Shown here: positions 7,782-15,006 of the stretch, piece after piece
Layout of the letters: each line of letters opens with the position of its first letter
How positions within the stretch are numbered: position 1 is the first letter of the stretch
Origin: a virus
Virus genome (UHGV): UHGV-0070883
Length of the DNA stretch: 35,189 nucleotides
Reading direction: 5' to 3' (one strand)
Position numbers and translations under genes: made by a program
The notes under the pieces: model-generated
Told to the model about the DNA's origin: nothing
The model's database searches: none
What the model saw: only the letters and a program-made list of their open reading frames with translations

Positions 7782-8035
7782 TGAAACGGAACCCTCACAT
7801 TATTGTCCAGCAGGTCTGCCCCATGAAGAAAACCGACGATGGGAAATATGAAGTTCAGGCCGCGATTGTGCACCACAAAGGGATTATCGCCCGCTATCGC
7901 ATGGAGTACCCCACGAAACGGCATGCCCGGTGGGCGCAGCACCTTATTTGCACGACAAAAAATCATACACGTCTGCGAGTATTTGATGAATTAAGGGCCA
8001 TCATTGACGGAAAGGAATCTAGTAATAATGCTTGA
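7781..8035 (+). CDS. Hypothetical protein (84 aa)
   Basis: ORF joined to its neighbours by ATGA overlaps at both ends. Confidence 0.5.
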   Translation: MKRNPHIIVQQVCPMKKTDDGKYEVQAAIVHHKGIIARYRMEYPTKRHARWAQHLICTTKNHTRLRVFDELRAIIDGKESSNNA

Positions 8036-8183
8036 TATTTTGGAACTTGTAGTTTTTTTGGCAACCCTTGCCGCATATGGCTATTACCTTTATTTGGCGG
8101 GTAAGGTTAAAGGTTTTCTAGATGCTATAAGAGTTTTTATAGAATACAGCGACGATAAATCAAGAAAGGATGATAATAAATGA
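8028..8183 (+). CDS. Small membrane peptide (51 aa; MLDILELVVFLATLAAYGYYLYLAGKVKGF...)
   Basis: Below the track cutoff. Start overlaps the upstream gene by 8 nt. One hydrophobic helix. Confidence 0.3.
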   Translation: MLDILELVVFLATLAAYGYYLYLAGKVKGFLDAIRVFIEYSDDKSRKDDNK

Positions 8184-8300
8184 TAATTATTGATTTATTT
8201 GATATTGTCACGGTTTCAGTTTTGATCGTGTTGGGGATTATTTTAATTATCCAATATATTATATTCAAAATAAAAGGAAAATGAATGCTGAACAGAAAGC
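8150..8300 (+). repeat. Segmental duplication, copy A (micropeptide gene plus 5' end of the Cys4 gene); paralogous to 9215-9363
   Basis: About 85% identity across about 140 bp by eye, including the identical block tcagttttgatc/tcagttttaatc ... atccaatatattatattcaaaataaaag. Confidence 0.7.
8180..8284 (+). CDS. Hydrophobic micropeptide, copy A (34 aa; MIIIDLFDIVTVSVLIVLGIILIIQYIIFKIKGK)
   Basis: ATG overlaps the upstream stop, and its own stop overlaps the ATG of the Cys4 protein. A near-identical paralogue lies at 9239-9343. Confidence 0.4.
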   Translation: MIIIDLFDIVTVSVLIVLGIILIIQYIIFKIKGK

Positions 8301-8610
8301 TTTTTTTGAGTACGGCGGAGCATGGGAACAGGTTGTTTTAACTCACAAGGGTATCAGGTCGACCGTTAAAGCGTTGCCCGGGAAAACTCGCCAAAAACTT
8401 TTAAGGCAAGCTAGAAACGAGACTCATCAACATGAGCTTGTGCTTAACGCTTGGCAGAAACGAGCCGTATGCCGGGCGTGGGTGCATCCTATGCAAAGGA
8501 GATGCTCTAATTGTAAGTATGAAATGTCACAGTACAAATGGTGTACGGCGTGCGCCAATGAAGGATTGCCTATTTACTGGGAGCCGAGAAAGGAGGCCAG
8601 TAATGATTAA
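8281..8610 (+). CDS. Cys4 zinc-finger hypothetical protein, copy A (109 aa)
   Basis: Motif AWQKRAVCRAW...RRCSNCK...YKWCTACANEGLPIYWEPRKE. It is a clear paralogue of the 9340-9660 product. Confidence 0.6.
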   Translation: MNAEQKAFFEYGGAWEQVVLTHKGIRSTVKALPGKTRQKLLRQARNETHQHELVLNAWQKRAVCRAWVHPMQRRCSNCKYEMSQYKWCTACANEGLPIYWEPRKEASND

Positions 8611-9022
8611 CATCCTCTTATCCGTCAGGCGGCCTTTCTCCGGTTTTATCATGGACGGGGAAAAGAAATGGGAGTTGCGGAAAAACGTACCGCGCTTAAA
8701 AAAAGGCGACTCCGTAACACTGTGGCTTTACGAATCCGGGAAAGACGGGATGCGGGCCATCATCGGCAAGTGCCGTTTAGTTGTCACTGCTTCACTTTAT
8801 TTATATCCTCCAAAGGGGATTTTAGAATTGGCCATTAAGAATGCTTGCGTGACGGAAGAGCACCTGCGGAATTACCTGCCTTGCTATGTCTGGGGCGTCC
8901 AGGACCCCGTGAGGATGCCGACCGCAGTGCCGCTGTCTGACATTGGGCTGACCCGTCCGCCGCAGTCTTGGAAGTACCTTACTGACGAGCAAGCGGCGAT
9001 TTTGGAAAGGAGGTTCGCATGA
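8603..9022 (+). CDS. ASCH-domain (PUA-like fold) protein
   Basis: 139 aa from the ATG at 8603, preceded by AGGAGG. MINILLSVRRPFSGFIMDGEKKWELRKN...GDSVTLWLYES matches the ASCH beta-barrel N-terminal pattern. The 196-aa track ORF from 8432 overlaps the upstream gene and is rejected. Confidence 0.55.
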   Translation: MINILLSVRRPFSGFIMDGEKKWELRKNVPRLKKGDSVTLWLYESGKDGMRAIIGKCRLVVTASLYLYPPKGILELAIKNACVTEEHLRNYLPCYVWGVQDPVRMPTAVPLSDIGLTRPPQSWKYLTDEQAAILERRFA

Positions 9023-9252
9023 AACTGACGCCTGAACAGAAAACTTTTTACCAACTGAAAAGGGCCAGACGGCGGGTCATACGCCAGAACAGTGGGTTCA
9101 AAAACGCCGTCGGGTACAGTTACCGGGGGAGGGTCTGGTGGATTCCGCGGAAATGTTTAGTCAAAGGTATATTCATGCGTAAGGCCTTTAATTTTTTTTT
9201 AGATAAAATAATAGAACATAAACAGAAAGAGAACGAAGATGATAATTGTTGA
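9019..9252 (+). CDS. Hypothetical basic protein (77 aa); its first 8 codons are identical to the start of the 9340 gene
   Basis: ATGA overlap with the ASCH gene. The 24-mer atgaaactgacgcctgaacagaaa at 9019-9042 is repeated exactly at 9340-9363. Confidence 0.45.
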   Translation: MKLTPEQKTFYQLKRARRRVIRQNSGFKNAVGYSYRGRVWWIPRKCLVKGIFMRKAFNFFLDKIIEHKQKENEDDNC

Positions 9253-9363
9253 TTTATTCGATATTTTAATATTTTCAGTTTTAATCATACTTTCGATTAT
9301 TTATATCATCCAATATATTATATTCAAAATAAAAGAAAAATGAAACTGACGCCTGAACAGAAA
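9215..9363 (+). repeat. Segmental duplication, copy B
   Basis: See copy A. It additionally contains an exact 24-mer, 9340-9363, that is also present at 9019-9042. Confidence 0.7.
9239..9343 (+). CDS. Hydrophobic micropeptide, copy B (34 aa; MIIVDLFDILIFSVLIILSIIYIIQYIIFKIKEK)
   Basis: Paralogue of 8180-8284, with the same translational coupling to a downstream Cys4 protein gene. Confidence 0.4.
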   Translation: MIIVDLFDILIFSVLIILSIIYIIQYIIFKIKEK

Positions 9364-9660
9364 GATATTTTGAAGTACGGAGAAGCCCTTGGAATCCTGA
9401 AAGAGCGAAAAAGCCTCATGCGCTTCACGGAAGGCTTCAAGGAATGCGGCGATTACCACGGAGAACCTCGGATAATGTACGGCGTTGAAGATGCCATCCG
9501 TGACGCATGGCAGAAGCGGGCCGCGTGCAGGGCATGGATACCACCTCAACAGCGGGGGTGCTTTACTTGCAAACATGATGGGACCCATTACAAGCTTTGC
9601 GCGCTCTGCCACGGTAAAGGCTGGCCTGTTAGTTGGGAACCGAGAAAGGAGGGGGAGTGA
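9340..9660 (+). CDS. Cys4 zinc-finger hypothetical protein, copy B (106 aa)
   Basis: AWQKRAACRAW...RGCFTCK...YKLCALCHGKGWPVSWEPRKE, paralogue of 8281-8610. Confidence 0.6.
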   Translation: MKLTPEQKDILKYGEALGILKERKSLMRFTEGFKECGDYHGEPRIMYGVEDAIRDAWQKRAACRAWIPPQQRGCFTCKHDGTHYKLCALCHGKGWPVSWEPRKEGE

Positions 9661-10163
9661 AAACCATTCTTGATGCCTGCTGCGGGTCCCGCATGTTCTG
9701 GTTTAACCGCCGCCATCCTGATGTGGTGTTCATGGACCGCCGGGAGGAAACACACACGCTTTGCGATGGGCGCGCCTTGGAAATTAAGCCGGATGTAGTC
9801 GGAGATTTCCGGGCGATGCCTTTCAGCGACGGAACGTTTCGACTTGTCGTGTTCGACCCTCCGCACTTGCTCCACGCCGGGGAATCGTCATGGCTGGCCA
9901 GGAAGTACGGAAAACTGGACCGGGAGACCTGGCGGGAGGATTTGTCCGCCGGGTTCCGGGAGTGTTTCCGGGTGCTGGAGCCGGGAGGAATCCTGGTGTT
10001 CAAGTGGTGCGAGGATCAGATTTCAACGGCAAAAGTGCTGAAACTGGCCAGCCGGGAACCTTTGTTCGGGCACCGCCGCGGAAAGACTATCTTCCTCGTT
10101 TTCATGAAATCTACAACCCCAACTGACGCTTTTTTGATATGCCACGCAAACCAACATCTTTAA
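9657..10163 (+). CDS. Small SAM-dependent methyltransferase, putative DNA amino-methyltransferase (motif I ILDACCGS, DPPH motif-IV-like)
   Basis: GTG at 9657 is preceded by AGGAGG, and the track's 9633 start would overlap the upstream gene. ILDACCGSRMFWF, the acidic residue in VVFMDRRE, VVFDPPHL and RVLEPGGILVF together fit a Rossmann-fold methyltransferase. The target, DNA or otherwise, is inferred only. Confidence 0.45.
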   Translation: MKTILDACCGSRMFWFNRRHPDVVFMDRREETHTLCDGRALEIKPDVVGDFRAMPFSDGTFRLVVFDPPHLLHAGESSWLARKYGKLDRETWREDLSAGFRECFRVLEPGGILVFKWCEDQISTAKVLKLASREPLFGHRRGKTIFLVFMKSTTPTDAFLICHANQHL

Positions 10164-10663
10164 TTCCACGGACGCACCGGGAACTGTGCGAAATAGCAGA
10201 ACGCTGGCTTATGGGAACTAAACGTTGCCGGGTAGCGATCGCTGAACCGAATTGCATTATTACTGAAGAGAGGCCTGACGCCATAGGGTTTGGCGGATAT
10301 GCGAGCGTTCTTGTGGAGGCAAAAACCAGCCGAGCGGACTTTTTGGCAGACCTTAAAAAGCCGTTCCGCATCCATCCTAAAAAAGGAATGGGTATGTATC
10401 GGTATTACATATGCGAGCCGGGAGTCATCACTTTTGATGACGTGCCGGGACTTTGGGGATTACTGTATGTTCTCCCTGGCGGAAGGGTTCGGGAAATCCG
10501 ACCCAGCGGCCGCTTCCCTGATATAAACCGCGCCGCAGAAATAAGCCTTTTGACAGCGTGTCTATACATCCAGAAACCGTTAAAGATCAATACTGTTCAA
10601 GGCAGAAAAATACAGCTCTCACCCACATTTGGCGAAGGAGTAAAAGAGACAGAAGGGTTATAG
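10139..10663 (+). CDS. PD-(D/E)xK nuclease-fold protein (174 aa)
   Basis: EERPDAIGFGGYASVLVEAKTSRADF gives D...E-x-K with typical spacing. It overlaps the methyltransferase gene by 25 nt. Confidence 0.4.
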   Translation: MPRKPTSLIPRTHRELCEIAERWLMGTKRCRVAIAEPNCIITEERPDAIGFGGYASVLVEAKTSRADFLADLKKPFRIHPKKGMGMYRYYICEPGVITFDDVPGLWGLLYVLPGGRVREIRPSGRFPDINRAAEISLLTACLYIQKPLKINTVQGRKIQLSPTFGEGVKETEGL

Positions 10664-10666
10664 GAT

Positions 10667-11677
10667 ATGGAATACATCAATATACCACTTTACGTTATCC
10701 GCTCCAATGAGTACATCGGCGCCGATCCCACCCAGAGGGCCACCTGGCTTTCCCTCGTAGCCTGGTCCTGCGACCAGGAGAACATGGGACGGATTGCCGG
10801 GGCCAGGTCCTGGGGAGATCGCCGCTGGATGCAGTCTTGCGGGGTCATGGCCTCCGAGGTAGCCGAGTCCTGCGGATTGTACCACTGGGACGGGGACGAT
10901 CTTGTCATTTCTTTTTATCCTGCTGACGCCCAGCGAGAAATTGAGCGCAAAAGAGAAATTGCGCGTGCCAATGGCAGGAAGGGAGGCCGGAAACCAACGT
11001 CGGAACCTATGCCGGAAACCAACGTTGGCTCCAACATAGGAAACCAACCTTGGATAGCAAATGACACTCCGTCGGAAAGCGAAAAGAAAGGAAAAGAAAA
11101 GAAAGGGAATAGAGAGGGAGAAACTACTACGGTGGACAGTACACCGGGGGAAGAGCCGTCCACTGCTCCTGCGCTGCCTGCCTCTCCTTTCCCGGATCGG
11201 GAACGCTTGAACGACGTCCGGGGGATGCGCTGCGCCGACAACCATGCGGACCTGGGATCTTCTCCCGGCGCTGCCCGGTTCGTGGCAGCGTGCCTGGACA
11301 TCAATCCGTCCTGGGGCCGGACGATACCAACCGCCATTGAGACGGCGGCCGCGCTTGAGGCGTACCGGTCCGCGCAGGGGCGGGTGACGATGCGGGACAT
11401 GGAGATGCTCAAGGCTTACTACTCCAGCGGCTTGACGCACGACCGGAGCAATAAGGCTTTTTGGCGTCCGGACAGCCGGAAGAAGTTTTGGGAGTGCTTC
11501 GGCGACGTTTTGACGCATGCCGACAGGTGGGCTAAGGAGACGCGTTGGAAGCCGGCAGCAGCCCGCAAGAAACCGAAGCCCGAAGAACCACGGCAGCCGG
11601 AAGGGCCCGTTGTGGATGTCGCGGACGCTGCGGCGGAGATCGCATCTCTGCGGGAGGAAATGGGACTGGGGGGATGA
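10667..11677 (+). CDS. Hypothetical protein (336 aa), possibly replication-associated
   Basis: Long ORF with a low-complexity Ser/Pro/Gly/Glu middle linker and a basic C-terminus. The assignment rests on its position between the recombination genes and the packaging genes. Confidence 0.5.
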   Translation: MEYINIPLYVIRSNEYIGADPTQRATWLSLVAWSCDQENMGRIAGARSWGDRRWMQSCGVMASEVAESCGLYHWDGDDLVISFYPADAQREIERKREIARANGRKGGRKPTSEPMPETNVGSNIGNQPWIANDTPSESEKKGKEKKGNREGETTTVDSTPGEEPSTAPALPASPFPDRERLNDVRGMRCADNHADLGSSPGAARFVAACLDINPSWGRTIPTAIETAAALEAYRSAQGRVTMRDMEMLKAYYSSGLTHDRSNKAFWRPDSRKKFWECFGDVLTHADRWAKETRWKPAAARKKPKPEEPRQPEGPVVDVADAAAEIASLREEMGLGG

Positions 11678-11708
11678 AAATCCCCCTGGAATCTCGTATA
11701 GAATGGCG

Positions 11709-12299
11709 TCAGCTGGGAAGATTTTTCGTCGTCCCGCGTTCCATGATCAATTTCATCAGAAGATCCATCGGCGCCCCCGGCCCGCGGTCAGAATCCAACC
11801 ATCTCCACACCGTCACGCGGGTGACCCCGATCACCTCGGCGGCGCGATTCACCGCAGCTGTTTTACTGTTCAACCGATGGGTTGTTTTCAAAAAGTCCAA
11901 AAACTGATGCAATGTCCGAAGTTCTTTTCCTCCCACACCTTCAATTTCGGCCCCGTAAATATAGACTCCATTCCCGTCTCCGGTGACGGGAGAAAAAAGG
12001 AAACGGTTTTCTTCCATCTTATCGCGAAGTTTTTTTTCCAGCAGGTCTCTTTTGGATTCCGGAAGCCAAGAGGCGAAATAAATTGACAGGGAAATATTTA
12101 ATTCTTCATAGTTTTCCACGTCTTCGACCGCGTCCATGTTTTCCGGTTCCTGGAAAAGCAAACTGACGCCGCCCTCGTCAAGGGCGTTCAGCTCGACGCC
12201 CTCGCACTCGTCAATCACGATTTTTTCACGCACCAGCTCATCTTCCAACTCGACGCTGATGCGTTCCAGTTTAGCTTTAATCTCTTTGGTTGCTTTCAT
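11709..12299 (-). CDS. Hypothetical protein with a strongly acidic N-terminal region and a C-terminal helix-turn-helix (196 aa)
   Basis: C-terminal KTAAVNRAAEVIGVTRVTVWRWL is an HTH, transposase-OrfA/terminase-HTH-like. On the opposite strand to the whole flanking phage backbone. Confidence 0.55.
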   Translation of the reverse strand: MKATKEIKAKLERISVELEDELVREKIVIDECEGVELNALDEGGVSLLFQEPENMDAVEDVENYEELNISLSIYFASWLPESKRDLLEKKLRDKMEENRFLFSPVTGDGNGVYIYGAEIEGVGGKELRTLHQFLDFLKTTHRLNSKTAAVNRAAEVIGVTRVTVWRWLDSDRGPGAPMDLLMKLIMERGTTKNLPS

Positions 12300-12320
12300 T
12301 TTTTTAGCAGGTTGACTTTT

Positions 12321-12599
12321 TCAGGCTTCGGCCACAAATCCGTTTTCAATACAGAACCAGGTGGGGAGCGTCAAAAAGCAATCACCGCCCCAGACTCCAT
12401 CTTTCAAAAGCTCAATTTTTGAAACGAGACTTTTCGGAATCCAATGATATTCAGATCCGCTGCTGTATTCCGTATCAATCCGAAGGGCTTTTTCGGACTC
12501 TTTGCTCACAATGGCGCGCACCTTGGAAAGCTTCCAGTTTGATTTTACGGAAGAACCCAGCCTTGTTTCGTCAATGGTCAGTTTGCAGGTGATTTTCAT
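12321..12599 (-). CDS. Hypothetical protein (92 aa), first gene of a reverse-oriented two-gene unit
   Basis: ORF 21 nt upstream of the 196-aa gene on the same strand. Confidence 0.5.
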   Translation of the reverse strand: MKITCKLTIDETRLGSSVKSNWKLSKVRAIVSKESEKALRIDTEYSSGSEYHWIPKSLVSKIELLKDGVWGGDCFLTLPTWFCIENGFVAEA

Positions 12600-12733
12600 T
12601 TTTTTTAATTCTTTCTATGGTGAATGTTTCCGGGGCTTCCCCCGCTCAACAAAGATAATTTACTATCTTTTTGATAGTATGTCAACAGAAAAAGGAGAGG
12701 GAATTTGACTCCGGGGAAAAAAAATCATAGTTT

Positions 12734-13255
12734 TTTGACAGGAAAAAGAAAGCATCACCCACAACCAAAAGAAAGCCGGGGCGGCCGAGTCTCTACACCG
12801 AGGATTTAGCCCAGGAGATCGCCCTCCGGCTCGCCAACGGCGAAACCATGAAAGCCATCTGCGCCGACGGGCACATGCCGGACGTCTGGACCGTCTGGCA
12901 CTGGCGGGAAACCAGGCCGGAGTTTTCCAAACTCATTCAACGCGCGCGGGAAGCGCAATCGGAAGCTTTGATTGACGCCTGTCAGGAGCTGGCCGACGAG
13001 GCCGCGAAAGTCGCCCTCGACCCGGAATGCGGTTCCGCCGCCGTCGCCGCCAAAAAGCTGGCCATTGAAACGCGGCTGAAAGTCGCCGCCCGATTCGCGC
13101 CGGAAAAATTCGGCGACCGGGTCCGTCAGGATGTCGCCGGCGTTCCCGGCGCGCCGCTGGAACGGAAAATCACCCTGGACCCCGAGCAGCTGGCCCAGCT
13201 GCAGGAAGACGAGAAAACCGCGCTGGAAACCATCGCCGGCAAACTCCACGCTTAA
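12734..13255 (+). CDS. terS: Terminase small subunit. The start is uncertain: the conserved N-terminal HTH motif lies upstream of the first ATG at 12848, and a TTG at 12734 is the nearest in-frame candidate
   Basis: In-frame translation upstream of 12848 gives SLYTEDLAQEIALRLANGETMKAICADGHMPDVWTVWHWRETRPEFSKLIQRAREAQSEAL. This matches the well-known TerS N-terminal pattern (Y-T-x-E-L-x-x-x-I-x-x-x-L-A-x-G-E-S...TVYRW...ARARE). The frame is open back to 12659. Confidence 0.65.
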   Translation, partial: FDRKKKASPTTKRKPGRPSLYTEDLAQEIALRLANGETMKAICADGHMPDVWTVWHWRETRPEFSKLIQRAREAQSEALIDACQELADEAAKVALDPECGSAAVAAKKLAIETRLKVAARFAPEKFGDRVRQDVAGVPGAPLERKITLDPEQLAQLQEDEKTALETIAGKLHA

Positions 13256-13327
13256 CAGACCAGGACACGCCTCCCCGTCAGCTTCTTCCTCCGCCATGTC
13301 CTCCGCCTGGATCCCTATCCCTGGCAG

Positions 13328-14635
13328 GTGGAGGCCATCAAGGCGTTGTCCCTCGGCAAGCTGACCCTGGGAGGGAAAAGCGTGGCTCTGGTTGCTCCCA
13401 ACGGATCCGGCAAGACGAGCAACTGCATCGCTCCGGCCATCCTGTACTTCCTTACCTGCTTCCCGCGGGGTCAGGTGCCGGTTACGTCGTCGTCGTGGAT
13501 GCAGGTGGAAAAGCAGCTCTTTCCCGCGCTCCGCCGCTACATGGACAACCCTTTCTTTGACGGCTGGACATTCAACAAAACCGAGATTCGCACGCCGGAG
13601 GGAGGCTTTGCCGTGGGCTTCTCGACCGACAACGCCGGCCGCGCGGAAGGATGGCACCCGAAAATCTCGCCCGACGTGGACCCCGTCTTTTACGTCCTCG
13701 ACGAGGCTAAAACCATCCCGGACTCCATCTTCACCGCCGTTTCCCGCTGCACGCTCTTCCACGCGTTCATTACCTCGTCACCTGGGGCCGATTCCGGCAC
13801 CTTCTACGACTGCTTCCACAAAAATTCATCCCTCTACTACAAGATCCGCGTCAAATACGAGGATTGCCCCCACATTGAGATCAATGACCCGGGCAAGGCC
13901 GAGCGCCTGAAAAAAGAATACGGCGAGCAGTCCTCCTTCTACCGCTCCGCCATCCTCGGCGAATTCACGGACCTCGACGGTCAGTCCGTCATTCCCCGGC
14001 GCGCCCTCATGGATCTGGTCAACAACCCGCCTCCCTTTCTGGACACCGGGGAGACCTGCGGCGGCTTCGACTTCGCGGCCGGAGGCGACGAAAACGTCTT
14101 CGCGGCCGGGCAGGGCAACCGATTCTTCATCGCCGACCACTGGTCGGACCCGGACACCGTAGGAGCGCGCGGACGGTTCCGCCGCAGGGCGTCCGAACTC
14201 GGCATCCCCGCCGACCGCATTTACGCGGACGGAGACGGCCTTGGACTACCCATCATTGACGACTTCCGCGCCGAGGGCTTCCCGGTGCACTCCTACCGGG
14301 GCGGTTTCCCGGCAGACGATACGCAGGCCTTTGTCAACCTCCGCGCCCAGGCGTGGCGGGCCCTGGCCCGAGCCATCGAAGAAAAGGAACTCATCCTCGA
14401 CATTGACGAGGACACGATTGAGCAGCTGGTAGCGCCCCGGCTCCAAACCGACGCGATCGGCCGCGTCAAAATCGAAAGCAAGGAAGACATGGCGAAACGG
14501 GGCGTCCGTTCTCCCGACCGCGCCGACGCCCTCGTCATGGCCTGGCACGCGCGCCGGCACAGCGGACTGGCCCGGACGCTGGGAGCCTGGTACTCACGTC
14601 CCGTGTCATCCAAACGCGCCATCGGGAGATATTAG
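13328..14635 (+). CDS. terL: Terminase large subunit (ATPase/nuclease)
   Basis: 435 aa. Walker A APNGSGKT and Walker B-like VLDEA. It follows terS in the same reading frame, separated by a single TAA, and uses a GTG start. Confidence 0.85.
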   Translation: MEAIKALSLGKLTLGGKSVALVAPNGSGKTSNCIAPAILYFLTCFPRGQVPVTSSSWMQVEKQLFPALRRYMDNPFFDGWTFNKTEIRTPEGGFAVGFSTDNAGRAEGWHPKISPDVDPVFYVLDEAKTIPDSIFTAVSRCTLFHAFITSSPGADSGTFYDCFHKNSSLYYKIRVKYEDCPHIEINDPGKAERLKKEYGEQSSFYRSAILGEFTDLDGQSVIPRRALMDLVNNPPPFLDTGETCGGFDFAAGGDENVFAAGQGNRFFIADHWSDPDTVGARGRFRRRASELGIPADRIYADGDGLGLPIIDDFRAEGFPVHSYRGGFPADDTQAFVNLRAQAWRALARAIEEKELILDIDEDTIEQLVAPRLQTDAIGRVKIESKEDMAKRGVRSPDRADALVMAWHARRHSGLARTLGAWYSRPVSSKRAIGRY

Positions 14636-14682
14636 GATTGACAACATATCAACATATCCGTATATGAAGATATGTAATCAAT

Positions 14683-14756
14683 CGCAGGGTGGTGAAACGG
14701 TATCACGCGGGGTTCCTGTCCCCGAGTAGGAGGTCCAATTCCTCCCCCTGTAACCA
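14683..14756 (+). tRNA. Phage-encoded tRNA-Arg, anticodon CCU (reads AGG), 74 nt with encoded CCA
   Basis: Manual cloverleaf:
- Acceptor: CGCAGGG/CCCTGTA, with a C1-A72 mismatch and a G2-U71 wobble.
- D arm: U8 and G9, D-stem GTGA/TCAC, D-loop AACGGTA with A14, G18, G19 and A21.
- Anticodon arm: stem CGGGG/CCCCG perfect, loop TTCCTGT with U33 and G37.
- Variable loop: AGTA.
- T arm: T-stem GGAGG/CCTCC perfect, T-loop TCCAATT with T54, C56 and A58 but C55 in place of U.
- 3' end: discriminator A, then CCA. Confidence 0.55.
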
Positions 14757-15006
14757 CCTTTTCTTTCGCTTCCGGCTCAGGTTCAACGCATTAAAAAATA
14801 TCCTCAACGCCCCGAAGCTGGTCGCCCAACAGGAGACCAGAATCAAGGAGCTGGAGACAGACCTAGCCCGGCGAGCCCTGACGGAACAAAGCCGGCAGCC
14901 CAACCGTCCCCAATGGTACGAGTACTGGGACCCGCTGCAGGGTGCCGACTTGAGCACTCTTGTGGAGGCCAGGAATGAAGCCCGGCGGGGAGCCTTTGCC
15001 CGGCAA

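Noticed and set aside
8432-9022. 196-aa track ORF, and the similar 6206-7087, 18922-20277, 20825-21442, 24840-25355 and 28778-29185, as the true gene models.
   Set aside because: Their 5' portions overlap the preceding gene in another frame. In-frame internal ATGs positioned exactly at the upstream stop codon (ATGA coupling), often with an AGGAGG, give the more parsimonious starts used in the feature list.
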